Assembly (NCBI GenBank): GCA_040081625.1
Contig: JBEBGD010000087.1
Coordinates: 1-23,840 of the forward strand
Length of the DNA: 23,840 nucleotides
DNA from: Chthoniobacteraceae bacterium
GTDB lineage: Bacteria; Verrucomicrobiota; Verrucomicrobiia; Chthoniobacterales; Chthoniobacteraceae
Reading direction: 5' to 3'
In this document: in pieces, positions 1 to 8,400 of the stretch
Numbering within the stretch: the stretch's first letter is position 1
Layout of the letters: each line of letters starts with the position of its first letter
Made by a program: the position numbers and the translations under genes
The notes under the pieces: generated by a model
What the model was told of the DNA's origin: nothing
Seen by the model: only the letters and a program-made list of their open reading frames with translations
The model's database searches: none

Positions 1-355
1 GATGTGGGTGAAGTTCACGACCGACGACAAAGGCCGCAAGATCATCGACCGCGCGACCTTCCAGACCTTCGGCTGCGAGACCGCGCTCGCCGTCGCGAGC
101 GTCGCGACCGAATTGATCGCCGGCAAGACCGTGGACGAAGCGCTGAACATGAGCGGCGCGGAATTGAGCGCCCCGCTCGGCGCGTTGCCGCCGATGAAGA
201 TCCACTGCGCGCAACTCGTCGAGGGTGCGCTGCGGCAGGCGCTCGCGCCCGACTCCACGCCCGCGCAGACTGCCGCGGTCGCGCCCACGCTCATCGAGAG
301 CTTCGCCGCGCCGGGGAAAAAGGTGAACGTCGTCTTCAAGAAACCCGCGAACTAA
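1..355 (+). CDS. iscU: IscU/NifU N-terminal-type Fe-S cluster scaffold protein (5'-truncated by window edge)
   Basis: ATFQTFGC, ASVATELIAGKTVDEA and LPPMKIHC match the IscU F.(T)FGC, GKT.DEA and LPPVK.HC motifs. The first conserved Cys/Asp motif would lie upstream of the window. Stop TAA at 353-355. Confidence 0.85.
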   Translation, partial: MWVKFTTDDKGRKIIDRATFQTFGCETALAVASVATELIAGKTVDEALNMSGAELSAPLGALPPMKIHCAQLVEGALRQALAPDSTPAQTAAVAPTLIESFAAPGKKVNVVFKKPAN

Positions 356-907
356 ATGCACGAGAACACCGAGGTTACCCTCACCCGCGACGTCGAAGTC
401 GTCCGCATCCCGAGCGGCGAGAAAGTCACGCTGCCGAAAGGCGGCACCATCGTGATCACGCAAGCGCTCGGCGGCAGCTACACGATTTGGACACCCGAGG
501 GTCTCGCGCGAATCGCCGACGAGAACGCCGACGCGCTCGGGCTCGAGGTGACGATCAAGCAGGACGAAGGCGACGCGGGCGGCCCGGCGCCGAAGGTCGA
601 GGACAAGGCCGTGTGGGATCAGTTGCGCACGTGCTACGACCCGGAGATCCCGGTGAACATCGTCGATCTCGGCCTCGTGTATGACTGCGCGATCGAGCAG
701 CCCGAGGGTGCGTCCGCGACGGTGCTGGTGAAGATGACCCTCACTGCGCCCGGTTGCGGCATGGGTCCGACGATCGCCGCCGAGGCGCGCGCGAAGATCG
801 TCAGCGTGCCCGGTGTCGCGGATGCGACCGTCGATCTCGTGTGGGACCCGCCGTGGAACCAGAACATGATCAGCGAGGCGGGGAAGATGAAGCTCGGGCT
901 GATTTGA
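356..907 (+). CDS. sufT: Fe-S cluster assembly protein SufT (long form, DUF59 domain), 183 aa
   Basis: DUF59 motifs YDPEIPVNIVDLGLVY, MTLTAPGCGMG and LVWDPPW, plus the N-terminal LTRDVE..RIPSG...ITQALGGSYT extension typical of long SufT. ATG immediately follows the iscU stop. Confidence 0.92.
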   Translation: MHENTEVTLTRDVEVVRIPSGEKVTLPKGGTIVITQALGGSYTIWTPEGLARIADENADALGLEVTIKQDEGDAGGPAPKVEDKAVWDQLRTCYDPEIPVNIVDLGLVYDCAIEQPEGASATVLVKMTLTAPGCGMGPTIAAEARAKIVSVPGVADATVDLVWDPPWNQNMISEAGKMKLGLI

Positions 908-1878
908 AGCGCATCCTCTCCGTTTTCATCAGCGTCGCGATCCTCGCCTTCCTGTATTGGAAGATCGGGCCGGAGAGCCGCGCGCAGCTCGTGCGCATCT
1001 TTCGCGAGTGCGATCCGCTATGGATGACGCTGAGCCTCGGCATGGTCGTGCCGCTGACGCTCTTCACGTCGTGGCGGCTCCAGCAGCTCATGCCGGCGCG
1101 CGGGCAGCTTGGCTTCGGCGAAGCGAACCGGCTCATCCTCGTCGCGAGCGTGCTGAACATGGTGCTGCCCTCGAAAGGCGGCGACATCGCGAAGGCGTTT
1201 TTCATGAAGGATCGCAGCGGCTTGAGCGGCTCGCTCGCTCTCTCGCTCGTCGTGTTCGAGAAATCCTGCGACATGCTCTCGCTGTTGCTCTGGTGCGTGT
1301 TCGGCCTGTTTCTTTATCCGGAAAAGGACGCGGTGTTCTGGCTGATGACCGCCGCTGTGGGCGCGATGCTTTTCGGCGGCGTGCTGCTGCTTGGCTCGGT
1401 GAAGTTCGCGCATTTCTTCTTCGATCTCGGCGCGCGATTCGCGCCGGGGAAGATGAAGGCGAAGTTCGCGAAGTTCGGCGCGTCTTGGGAGGAAATGCAC
1501 GCTTACTTTTGGTCGAGCAAGGCGCGGCTGGCGAAGGTGACGCTCACCTCGGTGTTCATCTGGTTCATGCACCTGCTGCAGATCTGGCTCTTTATCCTCG
1601 CGCTGCGCGCGGCGGTTCCGTTCCTCGCGAACCTCGCGCTTTCGCCACTCGCGATCCTCGCGGGGCTGCTGCCGGTGCCGACGTTCGGCGGCGCGGGCAC
1701 GCGCGACGGCGCGCTCGTCGCGCTCTACGCACCGTATTTTGCGGCGCCGACGGCGCTCGCGCTCGGGCTGCTCTGCACCGCGCGCTACATCCTGCCTGCG
1801 CTCGGCGGGCTGCCGTTCGCAGGCCGGTATCTCGCTGCGGCGAAAGCGATGAAGAAGAGCGATCTCGCCGCGGGCTAG
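904..1878 (+). CDS. Lysylphosphatidylglycerol synthase TM-region / UPF0104 flippase-like membrane protein, 324 aa
   Basis: Multiple hydrophobic helices with family motifs SWRLQQL, NMVLPSKGGDIAK, VVFEKSCD and LPVPTFGGAGTRD. Start placed at TTG 904, which overlaps the sufT stop (TTGA). The upstream part of the 754 ORF overlaps sufT. Confidence 0.8.
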   Translation: MKRILSVFISVAILAFLYWKIGPESRAQLVRIFRECDPLWMTLSLGMVVPLTLFTSWRLQQLMPARGQLGFGEANRLILVASVLNMVLPSKGGDIAKAFFMKDRSGLSGSLALSLVVFEKSCDMLSLLLWCVFGLFLYPEKDAVFWLMTAAVGAMLFGGVLLLGSVKFAHFFFDLGARFAPGKMKAKFAKFGASWEEMHAYFWSSKARLAKVTLTSVFIWFMHLLQIWLFILALRAAVPFLANLALSPLAILAGLLPVPTFGGAGTRDGALVALYAPYFAAPTALALGLLCTARYILPALGGLPFAGRYLAAAKAMKKSDLAAG

Positions 1879-1891
1879 CCTGTGGTTTTGG

Positions 1892-3778
1892 CTACAGCGG
1901 CTTTTCGCACACGATGCGGAAATTCTGGAAGCGCACAGCCTCCGTCTTCGGACTGAACTTCAGCGTCACCTCGCAGCGGTCGGCATTTGCGGGAACGGTG
2001 AAGACGAAGAATTCCTTTCCGCCGTCGCGATGGAGATACGGCTTGAGCAGATACTCGGCGGGCGTCTCGGCAGCGTGCTTGAACTTCAAGCGCAGCGTGA
2101 ACGCCTCCGGCGTCGATGACGCGGCCACGCCTTCGAGGCGCACATATTTGCCGCGAATGCTCACGGGCACGTCCCACTTTTTGCTAATCTGCATCGGCCC
2201 GGTATCGCGTTGCCACTCGATTGGGAAGGTGGGCGCCAGCGCGTGAATCTCCGGCGCGTCCGGCCGGAGGATCTCTGCCGGAGGTGTCAGCGGCGTGCGG
2301 CGGCGGTAGAAGATGAGGTCGGGAGTGTCGCCCTTGGCGAGCAGGCGCACGAGTGTCCACTCGCGCTCGGGCGTGTCGAAATAGCTCCCGAGCGTTGCTT
2401 GCTTGGGAAGTGTGCCGCGCTCGATCGCCTTGCGTGTGCTCAGCCACACGAGCTTGCGCGCATACCAGAACTCATCCGCTCCCGCCGCGAGCGTCTCTAG
2501 CTCGGGCGTGTGCTGGAGGATCCGGTTTGGGGCGTCGATGTTCAGCCGGCGGACATCGTCGTCGGAGCACAGCTTCGCGATCGCCCGCATCGACTCGTGA
2601 GTGAAGATCTTCGTGCCCGTGGGCAGCGCGTGAAGGTGGGCGCGGAATTCCGGCACGAAGCCAAGGTCGAAGCGGTTGCGCGTCGTCACCGCCCACATCG
2701 CGACGAAAGCGACGCCGACGAGCGCCGCAGCGGGCGCGCGGACAGGGCGCCACGCGTTGAGCTTTTCCCACAGCCACCACAGTCCGCACACGGATAGAAG
2801 TGAGATCGGCACTGCGAGCCCGGCGAGGAAACGATCGGCGTCGCGGATGAGCGGACGGATCGGCCAGACCGGCTGCGGCGTGCAGGAGTATTCGAGATAG
2901 AGCACGACGAACCAGAGCACGATCACGCGCCCAAACGTGCCGAGGCGCCGCCACGCCTGCCCGATGCCGACGATCGCGAGCACGCTGTAAACGGGCGCGA
3001 GCGGATTGCCTTTCCACAGCGAGCTGAGGAAACGGAACGGCAGATACCACAGCGGGATCGGCTCGGTGCCCTTGTTGCCCGCGTTGTTCATGTTCGCGTG
3101 GATGTTGTGCATCCAGTCGCCGAAGAGACTGTAGTAAAACGCCGCTTCGCCCACGTAGCACGCCGCCGCGATCGCGCCCGCACCGACCAGCCAGCCGAAC
3201 TGACGCCGAAAATACGCGAGCGTGCAGATGATCAACACGGGCACGATGAACGCGCCCGTGACCCGATTCGATTCCGCGACGAAGACGAGCACGCCGGTCG
3301 CGAGCATCCACGCCGCCCTGCGACGCGTGGAGTTCATCATCGCCCACCACGCGGCGATCACCGCGGCGCCGAGCACGCCCTCGGAGAGATCGGGCATCGG
3401 CCGGAAGCAGATCGAGTCGAGCAGCGGATGAAACACGAACGCGATCGCGGCGGCCCAGCCCGCGGCGGTGGAATCGAGCAGCTTCCTCCCGAGTGCGAAG
3501 GCGAGCAGCGCGCCGGCGATGAGATAGAGCAGCGGCTCGCCGTAGTAGGACGAGACACCGAAACCGAGAGCTCGCTGAATCGCCCAGCACACCCCCCACA
3601 CGGGCCAGCGCAGGTCGTGAAAGCTGGCGCGTTCCCATGCGCGCGGGCCGCGCTCGTGGACCTCGAGAGCTTGCGTCCAATACGTGAGGTCGTCGCCGAA
3701 GCCCGGCTCTTGCAGGAACGCGAGGCCGACCGCCACGGCCATCAGCGCGACGAGGAGCAGATGCGTGCGAACTTTCAT
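1892..3778 (-). CDS. GT-C-fold (ArnT/PMT, GT39/GT83-like) polytopic membrane glycosyltransferase with C-terminal soluble domain, 628 aa
   Basis: Starts MKVRTHLLLVALMAVAVG. An acidic DD motif (GFGDDLTYW) follows the first TM helix, then about 10 hydrophobic segments, PMPD and DRF motifs, and a soluble C-terminal region. ATG at 3778 overlaps the upstream stop (ATGA). Confidence 0.7.
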   Translation of the reverse strand: MKVRTHLLLVALMAVAVGLAFLQEPGFGDDLTYWTQALEVHERGPRAWERASFHDLRWPVWGVCWAIQRALGFGVSSYYGEPLLYLIAGALLAFALGRKLLDSTAAGWAAAIAFVFHPLLDSICFRPMPDLSEGVLGAAVIAAWWAMMNSTRRRAAWMLATGVLVFVAESNRVTGAFIVPVLIICTLAYFRRQFGWLVGAGAIAAACYVGEAAFYYSLFGDWMHNIHANMNNAGNKGTEPIPLWYLPFRFLSSLWKGNPLAPVYSVLAIVGIGQAWRRLGTFGRVIVLWFVVLYLEYSCTPQPVWPIRPLIRDADRFLAGLAVPISLLSVCGLWWLWEKLNAWRPVRAPAAALVGVAFVAMWAVTTRNRFDLGFVPEFRAHLHALPTGTKIFTHESMRAIAKLCSDDDVRRLNIDAPNRILQHTPELETLAAGADEFWYARKLVWLSTRKAIERGTLPKQATLGSYFDTPEREWTLVRLLAKGDTPDLIFYRRRTPLTPPAEILRPDAPEIHALAPTFPIEWQRDTGPMQISKKWDVPVSIRGKYVRLEGVAASSTPEAFTLRLKFKHAAETPAEYLLKPYLHRDGGKEFFVFTVPANADRCEVTLKFSPKTEAVRFQNFRIVCEKPL

Positions 3779-5358
3779 CGGCGGATCAGCCTCCGCGCGC
3801 CGAGCCACAGCGACTCCGCGAGCAGCGCGGCGTAAAGGAACCAGAACGGCTCGAACACGAATCGGAATCGTGGGCGGACATTCGCGGTGAGCATGATGGT
3901 GAAGAGAAAGCCGATCAAGGTCAGACCCCATGTCACATGAAAGACGCGCAAATCGAGTCGCAACATCGCCACCAGCACGCCCGCCGCGGCGAGCAGGAAA
4001 TAGAACGGCACGCCGTAGTAGGTGACCGGCGCGGTCGGGAAATCGGGGTTCGAATATCGCGCGTCCGCGAGTCGCCAGGCGTTCACGGTCGCGAGCCAGC
4101 CGTCGCTCAGGCGATTGAACCACGGCACCTCGCCATAGTGCGTGTCGATCCACCGCTGCAACTCCGGCTCCGTCTTCATCTCCGTGCCGAAGAGGCCGTG
4201 CGAGAGTCGTAGCGTGCGATCGAGGCTGTCGGTGAGCGCCTCGCGCTGCTTGTCGAAGAGGAGGGCGTTGTCGAAGCCGGTCGCGCGCGATCGCGTGCCG
4301 TCGGATGACGCCTGCGCGGCGGGCGATTCGGTGGCGACGAGCCGGAATTTCGTCCACGCCAGCCCTGGGAGCGCGGCGAGATTTCGGAGGCAGGTTTCCC
4401 GCGCGAGCTTGAGGCAGAACTTGTTCACGTCCGACTGGCGCTTCGCCTGTCCGCGGCTCGCGTCGTCCTTGAGGTAGCGCTCCACGGCTTCGGCGATCGC
4501 CTTGCGGTCGCGCACGCGCGGGAACTGCGGGCGCGCGTCCCAGCGAGTCTGGAGATTCGCGCGGATCGGCGCGATGTAGGGATCGAAGCCGGGTGCGCAC
4601 GACAACGCTGCGGGCGTGAGGCGCGCGACCGAGGTGTAGAGCAGCAGGCCCGCTTGCGAGGTCTTCGTGGCGAGGTGCGAGAGCAGCGCGACGACGATGA
4701 CGATCGCCGGACGCCGCCACGCGGCTCGGAGTTCGCGCGCGTGCAGCAGCACGACGAGGAGCAGGCCGAACCCAAAGAGCAGCTTGCCCTCGGGGCGCGC
4801 GCCGGCTTCGAGCACGAGCGCGACGCAGAGCGCCACGAAGCGCTCGAGCGTCTGCTCCCTCGCATAGAGCGTCCCCGCCAGCGCCACCAGCGCGGTGCAG
4901 ACGACGAAGATCGTCTCTGCCATGAGCGTGTGCTCATACCAGATGAAGAACGGATTGATCGCCGCGAGGATCGTCAGCGGGAGGATGAACACCTTCCACG
5001 ATGCGAACCACAGCCGGCACAGCGCGCCGATGAGCACGATGAGGCCGAGCCCGAGTGCGTGTTGCGCGAGCGGGATGGTGACCATCGCGGGCATCGGCAG
5101 CGCGAAGGGCAGCGTGAAGAGCACGGGCACGAGGAAGGTCTTCTTCTCGTGCAGCTCGAACTTGTGCTCGTGGATCAGCCGGTCGGGCGTCGTGAGGAAG
5201 TCGGGCGCGTCGTCGTGAAAATACGCGAACGGCATATGCACCGAGAGCACCACGCGCAGCACGAGCGCGAGGATGAGCGCGGGCAGGCACCAGCGCAGCA
5301 ACTCGCGGAGGCGCGCGTTGCGCAGGAGAGCTTTGGCGGAGGCGAAAATTCGGGACAC
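3775..5358 (-). CDS. Putative GT-C-fold membrane glycosyltransferase, ~527 aa
   Basis: First TM helix followed by YFHDDAPDF (DD motif). Also LMAETIF and ARPE motifs, a large periplasmic loop and a C-terminal RPRFRFVFEP before the last helix, the usual GT-C layout. GTG start at 5358 chosen to avoid overlap with the upstream gene, so the start is uncertain. Confidence 0.6.
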   Translation of the reverse strand: MSRIFASAKALLRNARLRELLRWCLPALILALVLRVVLSVHMPFAYFHDDAPDFLTTPDRLIHEHKFELHEKKTFLVPVLFTLPFALPMPAMVTIPLAQHALGLGLIVLIGALCRLWFASWKVFILPLTILAAINPFFIWYEHTLMAETIFVVCTALVALAGTLYAREQTLERFVALCVALVLEAGARPEGKLLFGFGLLLVVLLHARELRAAWRRPAIVIVVALLSHLATKTSQAGLLLYTSVARLTPAALSCAPGFDPYIAPIRANLQTRWDARPQFPRVRDRKAIAEAVERYLKDDASRGQAKRQSDVNKFCLKLARETCLRNLAALPGLAWTKFRLVATESPAAQASSDGTRSRATGFDNALLFDKQREALTDSLDRTLRLSHGLFGTEMKTEPELQRWIDTHYGEVPWFNRLSDGWLATVNAWRLADARYSNPDFPTAPVTYYGVPFYFLLAAAGVLVAMLRLDLRVFHVTWGLTLIGFLFTIMLTANVRPRFRFVFEPFWFLYAALLAESLWLGARRLIRR

Positions 5359-5411
5359 GAGCGCGCGAGAAGACTGCAAGGCGCGCGGTGCGGCAAGGGG
5401 GAAGCGTGTGT

Positions 5412-8400
5412 TTAAGCGCGGCGGCGGAAGCGACCGAGTCCGAGCAAAGTGCCGAGGCCGGCGCACAGCGCGACCAGAGAGCCGGGCTCGGGCACGGCGA
5501 TCAGTGCCACGTCATTTCCCGTCATGCTCGTCGCGCCGCCGGGACCGCCGAAGTCCGCGGTGTAGTTGACCTGGAAGGTCTGCCCGGCGATGTCGAACCA
5601 CGCCATTTGCGGCACGCCTGCGAAGGTGCCCGTCGTGGTGCCGGCGCCGGTATTGAGCACGATGTAATACGCGGCGTTCTCCGTGAACGGCCCCCCGCTC
5701 ACCGTCGAGCCGCCGAAGTCCGCGCCGCCGAGCGTGATGTTGCCGCCGGTGATGAGCACCTGGTCGAAGCCGATGCCGGGAGTGTTGTTCGGCGTGAGCT
5801 CGAGCTGGAGGTGCGAGCCGGCCTGGAAGGCGAGTCCGCTGTCGAGCGAGAGGATGCCGAACTGGCCAGGGTCCATGCCCGGCGCGATGCTCGATCCGGT
5901 CAGCGCGGTGACCGCACCCTGCACGAGCCCCGCCGTCGCGCCGGAGCCGCCGGCGAGTTTTTGACCGGGCTGCAATTGCAATCCGCCGCTGACGCCAGCG
6001 ACATCGAGCGTCGCGCCGCCGTTGGCGCGGTAGGTCGTCGTTCCGGTCGCGTTCGCGGTGAGGATGAGTTTTCCGGTCATCGCCGTCGTCGGGCCGGAGT
6101 GCGAGAGCGGACCGCTGAGCGTGAAGTCGGCGGCGCCGGTCTTTCGGAATTCGAGATTGCCCGAGAGGCCGCCCGCGTAGCTGGTTCCTCCGGCGACGGT
6201 GAGCGTGTTGGTGGTTACCGCGCTGTTCGCGATGAGGCTGAAGGGCGAGCTGCCGGCGAGCGAGGCGGTGGTGGCGTTGAAGCCGTTGAGGTCGAGCGTG
6301 CCGCTGCCGGAGACGGTCAGCGCCTTGGTCGCGGGCAGCGCATTCGCGGAGCCGAGCACGAGCGTGCCCTCGCGCACGTTGGTGTTGAAGCCGTTGTTGA
6401 CGTTGTTGTTGCCGCTGAGCTGGATCAGATCGAGCCCGACCTTGGTCAGCGTCTCGCTGCCGGTCGCGCCGGAGATCGTGCCGCGGATGTCGAGCACGGC
6501 GCCGAAGATCTGCGGGTTGGTCGGGTTGTTGGGCTGATTCTGTTTGCCCATGTCGTAGTAAACGTGGTTCACGCCGTTGTTCGTGAGGTTCGTGCCGGAG
6601 GGATACGGCTGCCCGAGCATCGAGTCGGAGACGACGTTCACCGACACGTTGCCGCCGAGCGTGTAGAAGATCGCGTTTTCATCCACGTCGAGCGGCACGT
6701 AGCCCATGATAGAGCCGCCGTTGAGATTGATGGTTTGCGTGGCGGTCTGGTTCGCTGCGATCTGCAGGTGCGCGCCCGCGGGCAGGGTCACGTTGCCACT
6801 TCGCGCGCCGGGGACGGACCAGCGCTCGATCGAGCCGCTGCGCTGGATGAGCGTGCCCGTGGGCGTGAAGCCGGGCGTCGCGATCTCGAGCGCGCCGCCG
6901 TTGTCGATGATCGCCGTCGTGGTCGCCGCGCCGAGGCTGCCGTTGGTGAGCACTTTCACCGCACCTTCATTGACCGTGAAAGTTTTGCTACCGGTGAAGG
7001 TCGTCGAGTTGTTGCCGAGGATCAGCACGCCGTCGCCGAGCTTGGTGAGGTTGAAGCTGCCCTGGTTGTTGATCGCGTCGGGCTGCACGCCGCTGGTGCT
7101 GCCGGGGCCGAAGCTGGTCGCATCGACGTGCATCACGTAGTCGTCGAACGTCGTGATCGTGCCGGTTCGCAGCAGCGAGCGGCTCGCGTCCACCTGGAAG
7201 CGGATCACGCCGGGCACGCCGGTTCCGGGGACGGCGTTGGTCGTCCGCAGGTCGATCGCGCCGATGCGCATCGTGCGGTCGGACGCGGTCTGCGCGCGGA
7301 TGATGTTCAGGTCGGTCGCGGTGATCTTGCCGGTGGTAAAGGTCAGCTCGTCCGGCGTGCCGGCGTTGTGGTTGAAGCGCAGCTCGGTCTGTGTCTGGCC
7401 GGTGTTGCCGGTCCAGCCGTTGAGGTTCACCGGGCGGCCATTGAGCGCGCCGGGCGTCTGCACGATGAGCTGGCCCTGGTTCACATTCCACGTGCCGGTG
7501 AAGTTGGTTTGATCCTGATTGATCGTCACGCCGTTCGTCCCGAAGACCGTGATGTTCGACGCGGTGATCAGCGAGTTGATCGTGAGATTCGACGCACTGG
7601 CATGGATGAGCGCCTCCGCGGGTGTCGCGGCGGTGCCGAAGATCAGGTTCACGTTGATCGTGCGCGCCGTGCCCGTGTAGTTCGTGAGGCCGCCGCTGCG
7701 GATGGTGATCTGGTTGAATTGATTGTTCGCGCTCGGGTTGATGTCGCCCTGCGTGCGCAGCGCCCACAGGTCGAGGTTCGCGCCGAGCGTCGCCGCCGTC
7801 GTGCTGTCGTAGCTGAGGATCGCGGTGCCGTTCGTGAGCTTGGTGCTGATGCCGGCATCGAGGGTCGTGGTCGTCGTGCCGATGTAATCGGCGAGCGGTG
7901 TTGTCTGCGTGACGGTTTGAAGCCCGAGGCTCGGATCGTATTTGAGGAACTGGCTGTCCGCCCGGCTGACGATGAACGGCTTCACCATGCCGTTGGCGTC
8001 GATCAAGCCGGTGGTGTTGTTCACGTTGATGCCCTCCGCGCCGACGCCGCTGGCGAAGGAGTTGATCCCCAGCGCGCCCGCGGTGTGGTTGACCGTCAGC
8101 GTGCCGGTCCCGACGCGGGTCAGCGTGCCGTTGATGATGAGTTGCACATCCGAGGTGGTGCTGCCGCGCACCGCGCGCAGTTCGCTGCCGCCCGCGAAGC
8201 TGACCGCGCCGACGGTTTCGGAGTTGTATTGATTGCCTCCCGAGGTGCTCGCGAGCATCTCGAGGCCGGAAGAACGCAGCGCGATCGCGGCTGCGTCGTC
8301 CCAGCGACCGGCGGTGCCGCTCAGGCCGCCATAGTTGGTCGTGTTAGAAATGATGAGGCGCGCGCCGGGGTGAAAGGTGAACGCGTTTCGGTTGCCGCTG

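Noticed and set aside
3779..4720. N-terminal 314 aa of the 942-aa ORF 1892-4720
   Set aside because: Out-of-frame overlap with the neighbouring membrane gene and low-complexity Arg-rich sequence. The real start is ATG 3778 with an ATGA overlap.
5412..6300. Classical autotransporter beta-barrel
   Set aside because: The C-terminus is PEP-CTERM, with no ~280-aa barrel or terminal aromatic residue.
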